Of a DNA stretch of 64,000 nucleotides, positions 40,000 through 52,830 are shown one piece after another. Under the pieces are notes generated by a model. It was given only the letters and a program-made list of their open reading frames with translations. It did no database searches and had not been told where the DNA came from. A program made the translations under genes and the position numbers. Within the stretch, counting starts at the first letter, position 1. The number at the start of each line of letters is the position of its first letter. Source of the stretch: Octopus sinensis (lineage: Eukaryota); NCBI RefSeq assembly GCF_006345805.1, contig NC_043003.1, forward strand, positions 94,488,001-94,552,000, given 5' to 3'.

Positions 40000-40400
40000 C
40001 TCTTTACTCTCTTTTACTTGTTTCAGTCATTTGACTGTGGCCATGCTGGAGCACCGCCTTAATCGAGAAATCGACCTGGGACTTATTCTTTGTAAGCCCA
40101 GTACTTATCTATCGGTCTCTATTGCCGAACCGCTAAGTGGGGGACATAAGCACACCAGCATCGGTTGTCAAGCAATGCTAGGGGACAAACACAGACACAC
40201 AAACACACACACACACATATATATATATATACATATATACGACAGGCTTCTTTCAGTTTCCGTCTACCAAATCCACTCACAAGGCATTGGTCGGCCCGGG
40301 GCTTATAGCAGAAGAACACTTGCCAAAGGTGCCACGCAGTGGGACTGAACCCGGAACCATGTGGGTGGTTAGCAAGCTACTTACCACACAGCCACTCCGC
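40000..40400 (-). mobile_element. SINE family B, young copy
   Basis: Near-consensus reverse complement. Confidence 0.92.
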
Positions 40401-40401
40401 G

Positions 40402-40426
40402 CTATATAATATATTATATATATATA

Positions 40427-40469
<43 letters not shown>

Positions 40470-40496
40470 GTTATATATATATATAATATATATATA

Positions 40497-40538
<42 letters not shown>

Positions 40539-40625
40539 GTATATATATAATATACATACTATATATATATATATATAGTATATATTATACTATATATATA
40601 TATATATTATATATATATATAATAC

Positions 40626-40662
<37 letters not shown>

Positions 40663-40871
40663 TACATATATATATATATATATAATATATTATATTATAT
40701 ATATAATATACACATATATATAAATATAATATATATATAGTATATATATATATATAGATATATATATATATAATTATATATATCGATACATATATATATA
40801 TAATAGATATATATGTATATATATATACATTATATTATATATATATTATATATATATTATATAATATATAT

Positions 40872-40950
<79 letters not shown>
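40402..40950. repeat. Degenerate (TA)n tract, ~550 bp
   Basis: Direct reading. Confidence 0.95.
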
Positions 40951-40951
<1 letters not shown>

Positions 40952-41329
40952 ATAAGCATATTAAAAGGAGTCCGTGGAAAATTCATTGAATGAATAAAAA
41001 GGTTGGGAACCACTGACTTAGTATTCATACCTTTCTAGAATTTTCGTTGCGTACATACTTATCGTTCTTTTTCTCTTTTTTATGTTTTTTTTTTGTTTAG
41101 TAATTTTTTTTTTCAGTGGTTTCAAGTTGTGATGTTGATTGATGGTAGTTGTAATGATTGAAAGAGTAGTAGAAGTAAGAGCTGGTTACTCTATGTAGTA
41201 GAAGTAACTGTTGTCATAAGTGAAATCTTCGTTGTCGTCACCATCGTCATAATCAATGTCGTTACCATCATCATCATCATCGTGGTCGTTGTTACCACAA
41301 TCATCATCGTCGAGTCGTCGTTTATTATC

Positions 41330-41618
41330 GGTACTACTTGAGAACAGTGGTCGCGCATCCGCAATAGATAGCCGTGACTAGTCGATCCTTACTTTGTGTT
41401 TTGTGTGTTTATTACTTTGCTTAAAAAATGATTTACTTTGTGTTTTCCTGTTTTATTTACTTTGTTTAACAAAAGTTTACTGTGTGTGAAAAAAAAAAAT
41501 TATTTTGTGTTTTATTTACTTTGCTAGGTAGTCGTAGGATCGACTAGTCACGACTAGCTAGCGCGGTGGCGCGACTACGCGAGTGCGCGCACTGAGACCG
41601 CTATTCTCAAGTAGTACC
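41330..41618. mobile_element. MITE with GG...CC termini and 8-9 bp TSD (Merlin- or Mutator-like)
   Basis: GGTACTACTTGAGAA...CGTGACTAGTCGATCCT arms inverted at both ends; flanks TTTATTATC / GTTATTATC; internal TTTACTTTG subrepeats. Confidence 0.85.
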
Positions 41619-41774
41619 GTTATTATCATTATCAGCATCATCGCCGTCGTCATCATCATCGTAGTCGTTATTGTAATCATTATCGTCATTATCATCAAAC
41701 CAAACAAGAAAAGTATAATCATCATCATTATCATCGTCGCCATGTCTTCTGACAGTATTATTTAAATATATTCA

Positions 41775-41940
41775 GTGTTCTGAGTTCAAATTCCGCCGAG
41801 GTCGACTTTGCCTTTCATCCTTTCAGGGTCGATAACTTAAGTACCAGTTACGCACTGGGATCGATGTAATCGACTTAATCCGCTTGTCTGTCCTTGTTTG
41901 TCCCCTCTGTGTTTAGCCCCCTTGTGGGTAGTAAAGAAAT
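41775..41940 (+). mobile_element. SINE family A, 5'-truncated
   Basis: B box to tail near consensus. Confidence 0.88.
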
Positions 41941-42459
41941 AAATATATTCATTGTTTATTGAATATAAAACCTTTATCTTTAAAAAAAATTTTAAATATA
42001 AATTTTTATAAGGATTTATCTCCCTTACACTATTTACTGTTAACTATAACTCACAAAACAAATTTTCTAATGGACAAATATATCGTAGAATTACCAAATT
42101 TTTCCTAACAAGCATCTTAAGTGGTATACACAGTTACAGTCTATCAAAACTTGTGCCTCTGCCCCTTCTTTCTGGTACTGGCGGCACAGCAGTTAGTATC
42201 GACGACATAATGATAGCTTCCTCATCTTCCTGATATCTTACCAGTGAGGAGACAGTAAACAATTTTACTCGGCTCTTCAGCTGACAGCAATAACAGCCAA
42301 TTCTTTCCGCCATACGCGTCCAAGGTGTGTGTGTGTGTACGTGTACGTGTGTGTGTACGTGTACGTGTTGTGTACGGTGTGTTGGTCATAGTTCCAAAAA
42401 TCACCGCGATAGGTGAAAATCCGCGAAGTAGAAACAGTAATGTACCGTATATATATGTT

Positions 42460-42665
42460 AGCGCGCCGAGCGAAATGCTTAGCGGTATTTCGTATGTCGT
42501 TACGTTCTGAGTACAAATTTCGCCGAGGTCGACTTTGCCTTTCATCCTTTCGGGGTCGATAAATTAAGTACCAGTTTCGCACTGGGATCGATGTAATCGA
42601 CTTGATCCGTTTGTCTGTCCTTGTTTGTCCCCTCTATGTTTAGCCCCTTGTGGGCAATAAAGAAA
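42460..42665 (+). mobile_element. SINE family A
   Basis: Near consensus, head clipped. Confidence 0.88.
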
Positions 42666-43795
42666 TATATATATGTTTTTTTTTATATATATAATTTGTA
42701 TGTATTTATTTTATTATAAATGCAAAACTTCACGGAGGAATCGACGTAAGCTTAGATAATAATCCGTGATAGATGAACCGCGATATGGCGAGGGATTACA
42801 GTACATGATAATTACTCGAGCACAAAGCTGCAATGAACTTATTTAATGATTCATTTTCAGTTTAATGTTTACATATTTTATTGCAGAGAGCATTTAAAAA
42901 AAAACTTAAGAAATAATTACACAGTGAGATAAAACTAATGTTACCCAAAGCAATATTATTATTACCATTTTTCAGTGAGCAGAGAAAACAATTCTGGGCA
43001 TACTGTAGTCTCGTTACGAACAACCAAGAGTAAATCTTATTGCCCAAATGAATCGCTTGCCAGGCGAATATTGGAGATTCAGAGTTACGGGCCTTGTTTT
43101 GAGTTCGGTTATCTCAATGGCTAATTTCAAATACAAACATGGTACATAGTTACATAACACACACACACACACACACAGATATGCACACGCAAGGAGACAG
43201 AGGTGCATACATATACAAACATGCTCACACACACATACACAGAAAATACACAAACACGGATAGGCAAGCACATAAATATGCAGGATACGTACATACAGAT
43301 GCACACACATACATACCTATGCATACACACACATATATACATACATACACATGCAAACACACACACATACATACGTACATGCATGCATATATAGGCACAC
43401 ACACTGACCCACACACACACTGACCCACACACATGCGCACAAACAAACAAAAGGGAACACAGTGTAAATAACGGACAGAGTCAAGACTATTGAAAAGGTT
43501 GCAAGACGCAACGAAAATAAGTGGAAATTTTACCGGTGAGTGTGTTAAATAATAAGGCACTAAAAGAGAATGACTCTCCCCAGACACAACAGAATATGCT
43601 TCAACACACGAACTCATATAAAGAATCTTGCAAACCAAATCCAAAAACGAAATAATTTCAAATAATTTAAATGTAATGTTTTTAGTGCAAAAACACCTGC
43701 TGTTTGTATGTATGCGTAGATGACTTGCTGAGTAAGTGCGGGTGCGTGTATGTGTGTATTATGCCTTTCTGTGTGTGTATACAGGCATATATATA

Positions 43796-44990
43796 TTACA
43801 TTGGTAAGAAAGTTCTTGGGCAAGTCATTGAAGCCGATCCAATGTAAACTGCACGTCAACTGGCGGTACAGTTTGGCGTCTCCCATGTCACGATCAACCA
43901 CCTGCATTGTCTCGGCAAGATCGGCAAGCTTGGAAAATGGGTGCCACATGCATTGACTGAAGCGAACAAACAAGCATGTGTCACTGCCTGTCAAAGTTTG
44001 CTCGGATCTTTTCCTTTTGAAGGGTTAAGCTTAGGGGTGGGGGAAGAGTATATTTTTTTCTTAGCACATGTAAATAAACCCAATCTGTTTCTTAAACGAG
44101 GGACATATTCATACAGCACGGAATGTTTTCACCCCAAATGGAGGTCAGCAATTGGTTAAAATTGCCGAAATACTCGAAATTTCAGACAAAATATCTTACA
44201 AACTATAGAATTTTCTCAATAAAGCCAAGAAAAAATGATGTTTTATAAACACATTCTACCAGTATACGAAGTTAAAAAATTTCTAGTTAACTAGAAATTG
44301 TGTTGACATGTGCCGTTCAAAAGGAAAACATCCGTTTGCTCTGGCAAAGATTCGATTGGTTGGAGTCAGTAATCACTATGGATGAAAAGTGGGTATTGTA
44401 CTCCAGTGTGAGGCGCAGACGATCCTGGTGTAGCAAAGGTCAACAGCCAAAACCTTCGCCAAAAGAACCGCTTGTGCAAAAGAAGATTATGATCTCAGTT
44501 TGGTGTGATCATGCTGGATCTTCTCCCATGTAAAACCAACGTTGACAAGGATGTCTACTGCGAACAAATTGACCGTCTAAAGATCGCGCTGGCTGAAAAA
44601 TGCTCAAATTTGAAGAAGATAATTTACCACCAAGACAACGCGCCAACACATGGTGCAAAGAAGACGTCAGAGAAGCTGAAGGAGGCGGGCTGGGAGATTA
44701 TGATGCACTCACCATATTCTCCTGACTACCACTTATTCTCTGCCTTGCAACGTGCGATTGGCAATACAGAGCTCGAAAACCAAGAAGATGTGAAATCATT
44801 CCTTTACGAATTTATTGATTCAAAGCCACGCGATTTCTGGATGAAAGGATTCAAAACTTTGCCTGAAAGGTTGCAAAAGGTGATTGATAATGAGGGTGAT
44901 TGCCTTTTGGATTGGTTGTTCTTTGTTGTTCTTTTAATTGTTAATAAAGTGATGTGTTATTAGTGTCCAAGGACTTTCTTACCAAACTGA
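43796..44990 (+). mobile_element. Mariner transposon with 5' internal deletion and nested MITE
   Basis: TIRs ...TTGGTAAGAAAGT(T/C)CTTGG with TA flanks; GKWVPHALTE, MDEKWVLY, YHQDNAP, HSPYSPDYHLF (LAPSD missing). Confidence 0.93.
44004..44333. mobile_element. 330 bp MITE with perfect 8 bp TSD GTTTGCTC and GGAT...ATCC termini
   Basis: TSD at 43996-44003 and 44334-44341; TIR GGAT(C/G)TTTTCCTTTTGAA; removing it restores the mariner frame QSLL-WQRFDWL. Confidence 0.92.
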
Positions 44991-45009
44991 TATGTATGTA
45001 TATACATAT

Positions 45010-45572
45010 CCCTTTTCTCTTTTACTTGTTTCTGTCATTTGACTGTGGTCATGCCTTAAGGGGTTTTAGTCGAACAAATAGACCCCAGGACTTATTCTTT
45101 GTAAGTCTAGCACATATATGTTATCGGCCTCTTTTGCCGAATTGCTATGTTACAGGGGCATAAACACACCAAGCAATGGTTGGGGCCAATAACAGACGTA
45201 CACACATAAATACACGCACACACACACACACACATATCGATTATGATGATGATGATGATGACGACACGATGGGTTTCTCTCAGTTTCTTATTTCTTTATT
45301 GCCCACAAAGGGCTAAACATAGAGGAGACAAACAAGGACAGACAAAGGGATTAAGTCGATTACATCGATCGCAGTGCATAACTGGCACTTAATTTATCAA
45401 CCCTGAAAGGATGAAAGGTAAAGCTGCTTAGATCAACCCAGTATGCAACTGGTACTTAATTTATCAACCCCGAAAGTCGACCTCAACGGAATTTGTACTC
45501 AGATGTAAAAACAGATGAGATACCACTGAGCATTTCGCCTGGTGTGCTAATGTTTCTGCCAGCTCACTGCTT
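45010..45572 (-). mobile_element. SINE family B followed by family A, both CpG-decayed
   Basis: Reverse complements match the families with CpG to TpG/CpA changes. Confidence 0.8.
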
Positions 45573-45574
45573 TC

Positions 45575-45935
45575 ACACCCTCCAATATTAAAATAGTGAG
45601 GTCACTTTAAACACTTTCATCATACAGGATGGTCCAAACTGGATTGTCTTTCATCATAGGTCTGTTTAATCAAGGTTCACTCAAAACTAAATAAACAAGT
45701 AACTAACACCAAGTCAATGAGAGTACCACCTCTATGTGGCAATTCGATGTGCTAGAAATAGCAGTCAGATCCCTCTTGAATCACACTGACCTGTTAAAAA
45801 AGGGAAGGACATTGCATAATGTAGTTCTAGATGTACAGTGACTGAAATAAAAATTTAAAAAAACAAGATAGAAGTGATTGGAACACCTTTTCTCAAATTA
45901 CTGTCTAATCAGGGCCAAGCTGGAACTAAACAATG
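45575..45935. mobile_element. Old dispersed repeat related to 11270-11530 and 59340-59530
   Basis: Shared GCTAGAAATAGC / GATCAAAGAC-type blocks seen in opposite orientations. Confidence 0.4.
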
Positions 45936-46139
45936 CTGCTGCTGTTGTTGTTGTTGTTGTTGTTGTTAAGCAACAAGACGGGTAAGGGTGATTAGGTGAT
46001 GGTCTAGGGCTTAGGGGCGGGAGACCCCAGACCTTGGAAAAAAAAAAGCTTTGGTCATCTTATAGTCGAGGGCTCTTTGTTGACGCCCGACACCACTGGG
46101 AGGTGGCCCTCGAAGTCACTGGAAATGGAGATCTCCAGG

Positions 46140-46730
46140 TCCAAATTCTTGGACGACTGCTGCTGCTGCTGCCACTGCTGCTTCTACTACTACTGCTACT
46201 ACTACTATTGCTACTACTACTACTACTACTACGACTACTACTACAACTACCCTTACAACCACCTTCACCACCACCACCATCACTACTACTACTACTACTA
46301 CTACTACCATTAATTGTAATAAGAAATACTTCTAACATCAACATCAAAAGCATCATCACCAGCAACAATCCCTTTATCATGACTACTACTACTACTACCA
46401 CCACCACCACCACCACCACATCCTCGCTGTCATGGCCACCTACATTACCATAACAACTACCACCACCTCCACCATCATTATCATATTACCAAAACTACTA
46501 CTACTACTACTACAGCCCCCTTCCAGCACCTCCAGCATCATCATCACCACCACCACTACTGCCACCGCCATCATTGTTGCAACTACTACACCACCATCAC
46601 TATGTGACTACCACCACCAGTACTCTACAACTACTACAGCCACCTATTCTACTAACATTACTACAGACATCACCACTATCACAACTACCACCACCACAAC
46701 CACAACCATCACCACCACCACCTCTAAAAT
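46140..46730. repeat. Degenerate (CTA)/(CCA)/(CAT) low-complexity tract
   Basis: Direct reading. Confidence 0.9.
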
Positions 46731-46823
46731 AACTTAGATATCAACAACTCAACAATCTTCTACAGAGTTTTTGGAATTTTCTTTTTACATCAGACGAGAT
46801 ATTTGTTATTTTCACTCTTATCC

Positions 46824-46906
<83 letters not shown>

Positions 46907-47048
46907 ACCCTCTCTTTCTATGTCCTTCTCTGTTTCTGGCTCCAAATTGAATTCTATCTCTCTTTCATCTTTTTTGCTATATATATATGAATACATATAC
47001 ATACATACATATATACATACATATATATATATGTGTGTGTGTGTGTGT

Positions 47049-49209
47049 ATCATCATCATCATCATCATAATTATCATCATTGTTTAACATCCGCCTTCCA
47101 TGCTGGCATGGACAGGATGATTTTGACAAGAGCCTGCCAGCCAGGTAGAAGCCTGCACCAGACTTCTGTGACTGTTTTGGCAGGATCTTTACAGCTAGAT
47201 GCCCTTCCTAACACCAACCACCCAGCAGAGTGGACTATTTGTTTTTTACATGGCACAAGCACAGGTGAATTTTGGTAAGGTTTTTACAGCTGGATGCCCT
47301 TCCAAATGCCAACCACTTTACAGTGTGTACTGGATGCTTTTTAACTGGCACCTGCACTGACAGGGTCACCAAGTAATCTGCAAGACAAAAATCTTTTGAG
47401 AGGAGAGGGGACAGTGGAGGAAGTGATCTTGTGTCAGATGATGAAAGATTATAGTGAGACAGAGAGATAGAAATAGGTGTCTTGCAGTAGAGAAGGTACA
47501 AGATTACCCAGCTAGAGAGAGAGAGAGAGAGAAGGAATGAAGACAGAAACAGGTGTGTTGCTGCAAAGGAGATACATGGTTACTCAACCTGAGGGAAGTG
47601 CAGGAGAAGGAGAGGAAAAATAGGAGGCATCAGGATAGGGATAGTAGCAAGGTGCCAGGCATACTCCTAAGGGACAGGAATCAGAATATAAACGGGATGG
47701 TCGAGGAAAGGCAGAGAGAGATATAGATGGTAGCAAGAACCAGGGCATACCCTTCAGGTTTGAAGGTCATAATATGTGGCAGGATATTGCCAAAGAAGCA
47801 TGATTAGAGAGTGGGGAAGGAAAGTGAGTGGTGAAAACCTGGGCATATAGAGCCAGGGCCAGGGCTACCGGATAGCAAAGTCTGTGAGGACAGGTTTGGG
47901 TAGTGAGAGGTAGGCATAGTGCATGAAGGAAAAAATGTGAGGAAGAGAAGAGATGTAGATTGGTTTGTTGGGGTAAGGTGTGTGAAAAGTTTTCGTGTTA
48001 TGTGTGGATGGAACCTACAGGTTGGGGGCTAGCAGATAGCAATGATACAGTGAGACAGGGCCAAGAGGACAGGATTAGGGAGTGGAAGGTAACCATAGTG
48101 CATGAAGTGGAAATATAAGGAAGAGAAGAGATGTAGAGATGCAGTTTGGTTTGTTGTGGTAGGGTGTGTGAGAAGTTTTCTTGTTATGTGTGGGTGGGAC
48201 ACACAGCACTTCTAGAATTCACTTTCACTGATGTGGGCAGGTTTTCTCAAGAACCTCACGTTTTGGTCTATTGTCATTTCCTCCATGGGGCCCACTTCAT
48301 CCCGCATCTTCCTGGGCCTCCCACTTTCATGAGTATCACCCACTTTCAATGATCGGCATTTCTTTATGCAGCTGTCCTCATTCATACGCAGCACATGTCC
48401 AAACCAACATAGTCTTCTCTCTTGAATGCTACATTTGATTCCTCTTATGCCCAACTTTTCCTTCAGTACTTTGCATTTTGTTGTTGTACATGCACACTGA
48501 TGTTGCACATCCAATGGAGCATACTACCTACATTTCTCTCCAGTCTACTCATGTCTTCTGCATTCAGAGCCCATGTATCGCTACCACAGAGTATAGCCAT
48601 TCACACACAAACATCATACAGCCAATCTTTCACTCTGAGAGAGAGTCCTTTTTTCGCCAACAGAAGTAGTAGCTCTCTGAACTTCCTCCACCCTATTCTT
48701 ATTCTAGAAACAATACTTTCAGAGCATCCTCTACCACAAGAGAGCCTCCTAAACACTTGAGAGAATCTAAGTCCAGTGTGCTCTTAGTGCTTATTGTTCC
48801 TGCACATCTACCACAGACAAAGACGACTTTATCTATCAATTTACTTGTGATGCCACTGTACCTCATATGTGTCCATAGTTTACACTGGGTGCAGAGAATG
48901 GAATTTCTTCCAAGTTATACATTGAGCAGGGCCAGTTACATGACAAAAAGAGGGTCTTATCTTCTTTCTTACTAACAACAACTTTGGTCCTCGCTCAGTT
49001 AACTTTAAGGCCTCTTGATTCCAGGTTTTGTTTCCATACCTGGAATTTCTTCTCCAATTCTTCCAAAGATTCTGCAATAAGAGCAAGGTCATCAGCATAT
49101 AGCAGTTCCGATAGGCATCAAGTTTTGAATTCCTCTGTTATGGCCTGGAGAACTATAATGAATAAGAGTGAGTTGAGAACTGGGCTTTGGTGAACCCCTA
49201 CTTGTACAC
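47049..49209 (-). mobile_element. 5'-truncated RTE-clade LINE: RT C-half, long 3' UTR with a ~190 bp internal duplication, (ATG)n tail
   Basis: By eye VGVHQ...LLFIIVLQAITEEF...ELLYADDLALIAES (YADD at ~49088-49099); ORF track RRLCWFGHVLRM...GRPRK; tail GGAAGGGCATCCAGCTGTAAAA...(ATG)n. Confidence 0.9.
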
Positions 49210-49367
49210 ATAAAAATAAATATTTACAATGAATTTAACAGTTTTGTGTTTTTTATTATTTTTTTTTTTTTGAATGGCTACATGGCTCTTCCAAGAGTCA
49301 GTTTCAATGTGTATTTTCAACCCTAGTCACTTGCAAAATATATGTGCAGACAGACAGGAAGATAGAT

Positions 49368-49409
<42 letters not shown>

Positions 49410-49430
49410 GTAGACAGACAGACAGACAGT

Positions 49431-49491
<61 letters not shown>

Positions 49492-49689
49492 GCGTGTGTA
49501 TATATTTGATTAATGAGAGAGACGGAAGATGGACTTGTGTCTTAGATGGGCACTTTCTAGGTGCAATCCCATGGCCTTTCATGACCAAAGGGAAGTGGGG
49601 TCTTACACACTGCCCCTACCCTATGACAAGGCATATCATACTGTAATGCCTGGTAAATTAACATGATGTGTCTCTGTAATATGCGGATT

Positions 49690-50236
49690 CTCAGGTCCCT
49701 AATATGTGCAACTGTGACACTTACAATCTTTGTTAGAAAGCATGCATATTTTACAAACCTTCCTAAGTACCACTTTCAAAATGCCACTCTTTGATCCAGA
49801 TCGTCTTCATTGTGAGAATGGACTATTCTTGGAATGTACTTTTCCTGGTGGTACCACTTCAAAATGTGATTTTGAAATTCCTGTTCTATGACTTGATTGT
49901 TGCACAGATTTTCTTGACTTCTGGCAAGACATTTCTAGTACCCATTCTTGTTTTCTGGGGCTCATTGATGTCCGAGGTCATCCAGAACATCTTAGGTGGA
50001 CATCCACAGCAGTTGCATCTGCTTCGAACTAATTACTGATCAAAGTGATGGTAAGTCACATACATGTGCACTTTTATTGCACTTACTAACTTCCAATAGC
50101 ACTTAAGGATAAATTTCCTTTGTTCAAAGCTTAGTCCAATTTCCTTTATTATTCCTAATAAGTTAAATGTAACAGGAAATGAAAATCGAGTTGACAGCAG
50201 CTGTCAAAGTGCATATGCACTTTCTGAGGACATCTG
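49690..50236 (-). mobile_element. Decayed Tc1/mariner-superfamily transposon fragment with one TIR
   Basis: Minus strand gives RKSVQQ...TGISKS and KYIPRIVHSHNEDDLDQRVAF*KWYL across frameshifts; TIR-like CAGATGTCCTCAGAAAGTG ends at 50236. Confidence 0.7.
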
Positions 50237-50264
50237 TGTGCGCGTGTATGTGTGTGTGCATGTG

Positions 50265-50302
<38 letters not shown>

Positions 50303-50393
50303 ATTATATATGTATGTTTGTATGTATGTATATTATATATGTATATATATATATGCATATGTATATATATATATGCATATATATGTATGTATG

Positions 50394-50455
<62 letters not shown>

Positions 50456-50460
<5 letters not shown>

Positions 50461-50643
50461 AGAATTCACAAAAAAAACAAAAGACGAAGACGGATGGTGT
50501 AGAAAACAAACAGATGTATTAGTATAACACTCGGGAATTGAAAAAGTCTTTAACATTTCGAGCCTATGCTCTTCCACAGAAAGGAACACAGAAAGAAACA
50601 AGGAGAGAAAAAAGATGTGTGTAGTGGCTACTGATCTATCATT
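50456..50643 (-). mobile_element. Family E element with hammerhead-like motif at ~50546-50583
   Basis: Reverse complement ccuuu-CUGUGGA-A-GAGC-auag-GCUC-GAAAU-GUU-aaaga. Confidence 0.8.
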
Positions 50644-50707
50644 GTGATATATACACTACCGTCAGAAATTAATTAGCACCCTTGATTTGCTCTTCACTCA
50701 ACGTATG

Positions 50708-50726
50708 TGCTGTCACCTAGTGGCCA
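50708..50726 (-). promoter_or_regulatory. CTCF-like motif TGGCCACTAGGTGACAGCA within a CpG-retaining patch
   Basis: Close to the bilaterian CTCF consensus TGGCCAC(C/T)AG(G/A)(G/T)GGC(A/G)C; a single motif match with no occupancy data. Confidence 0.3.
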
Positions 50727-51789
50727 TATCTCGAACTATTGCTTTGTTGCGAGTTCACTGTTGCGCAGAACGATGACGTAACTTTGTTTGCAGAGCAGTT
50801 TGAGAGTCTACAGCCTTATGATGTTGACATAGCAGTGCAACAACAACTTGGAGTGCGGATGCAGACAAATCTTCCTTTGTTTAATAGATATAGGTAGCGC
50901 CTCGCAAGGACCGAAATCACACCATACTAAGTTTTCTCATCACGTAAGACGTTTTGAACAGCTCATAGGTTAATTGATTTAACCTATTTAATGTAGAAAT
51001 TTGAGAAGTGCTAATTAATTTCTGACGCAAGTGTATATATATATATATATAGCTCATAGCAGCGAACCACAGAAACATTGCCAAAGCAGACTTTGGAAAC
51101 CAATACAACTCTCAAGTTAGTCAGATCCTTCTAACCCTTGCCAGCATGTGGAAAATGGACGTTAAATGGTGATGATAATATATATATATATATATATTAT
51201 GCAGATACAGATACATTATGTTCCTCTCTGTGTATGCGTCTTTCTCACTATCACATACTCCCAATCTCTTTATCTCATATTCCTCATGATGTTCATCAGT
51301 TCCTCACAGTCATCAATAACCAATAATCACAAGAGATTACGATCGTGATAATCTCACAAAATTCAAAACCACATCTTAATTATTTTCCTTCTTTTTAGTA
51401 ATCATTTATTATAATGATTTTTCTTTTTAAATATTTTCTCATCCTGGTTTTTGTTTAACAGACAACAAACATGTTGTGTGTTGTTTTTTTCTTTTTTGCG
51501 ATTTTGATGTCTCTTTTTCTTTGAATTTCTGTTTAACATTTAATTATCTATCTTCATCTTTTCCTACTTTTCCTATTTTTTAATCTTTTTTCGATTATGT
51601 GTATTTATTGTCGTCAAGAGGCAGTACCATGGCCAATGAGGTAAATCCAAGGCGTGGTTACTTCGAGTTGAAAATTATTATTATTTTCGTTGTTGTTGTT
51701 GTTATTGTGTCTAACCTCAATTTTTGTACTTTAATTTGTCTTATTCTTTTAGTCTGATATTAAAGGTCAAAATCAGTAGAGCAACAGCT

Positions 51790-52830
51790 AAAAAAAATGG
51801 CAGTAGACTAGCAGAATCATTAGAAAATTGAACAAAAAAAAATGCTTATCAATATTTGTTCTAACTCTTTAGATTCTGAGTTCAAATATCACCATGGTTT
51901 ATTTTGCCGTTCCATCTTCCAAGGTCAATAAAATAGAGTACTAATCAAGAGCTGAGGGTGATAGTATCAACTAATGCCCCTTCCCTCAAAAATTTTTGGC
52001 TTTCTGCTTAAATTATAACCATTAATATTGTTGCTGTTGTTGTTGTTGTTAGAGAGAAGTGGCATGACTCAGTGGTTAGAGTGTCAGGCTCACAATCATG
52101 AGGTAGTGAGTTTGATTCCCAGAACAGGCGTGTTGTGTTCTTGAACAAGACACTTTATTTCATATTACTCCAGTTCACTCAGTTGTAGAAATGAGTTGCG
52201 TTGTCACAGGTGCCAAGCTATATCGGCCTTTGCCTTTCCCTTGGATAACATCAGTGGCATGGAAAGAGGAGGCTTGTATGCATAGGCGACTTTTGGTCTT
52301 CCATAAGCAACTTTGCCCAGATTTATGCCTCAGAGGGTAACTTTCTAGGTGCAATCCCATGGTCATTCATGACCAAAGGGGATCTTGTTATAGAGGGTGG
52401 CAATCTAGCAAAACTGTTAGAGCATCAAAGAAAATTCCTTATAGTATTTGTTCTAAATCTTTATGTCCTGAGTACAAATCTTTTAGAGGTCAAATTTTAC
52501 ATTCATCTTTTCAAAGTACCACTCAAATACAAGGGTTGATGTTATTGACTAATCACCCTTCTCTCTCTCCCTTAGAAATTACTCGTCTCATACCAAAATC
52601 AGAAATAATAATCAGTTTCAAATTTTGGCACAAGGCCAGCAATTTCGGGGCAGAGACAGATCGATTACAATGACCCCAGTGTTCAATTATCACTTATTTT
52701 ATCGACCCTGAAAGAATGAAAGGCAAAGTGGACCTCAATGGAATTTGAATTCAGAATGCACAGATGGATGAAATACTGCTAAACATTTTGCCCTGCATGC
52801 TAGCAATTCTGCTAGCTCAATACCTTAAAA
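51790..52830. mobile_element. Cluster of CpG-decayed SINEs: family A (+) 51790-52020, CORE-type (+) 52062-52385, family A (+) 52390-52590, family A (-) 52610-52830
   Basis: Recognisable boxes with CpG decay. Confidence 0.7.

Larger units (their letters stand above)
39463..41015. mobile_element. hAT/Charlie-like non-autonomous element carrying a nested SINE B and a long (TA)n tract
   Basis: AAACGGTTCTCAGCCTGG vs reverse complement CAGTGGTTCCCAACCTT; near-TSD ACTTAGAT / ACTTAGTA. Confidence 0.65.

Noticed and set aside
46034-46737. Poly-L/P/T ORFs resembling mucin or membrane proteins
   Set aside because: Degenerate trinucleotide repeat open in several frames and both strands.
49790-50056. 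Plus-strand exon-like frame with in-frame TGA (possible selenocysteine) and a GTAAGT donor
   Set aside because: The minus strand explains the segment as a decayed Tc1/mariner-type transposase, and no SECIS was seen.
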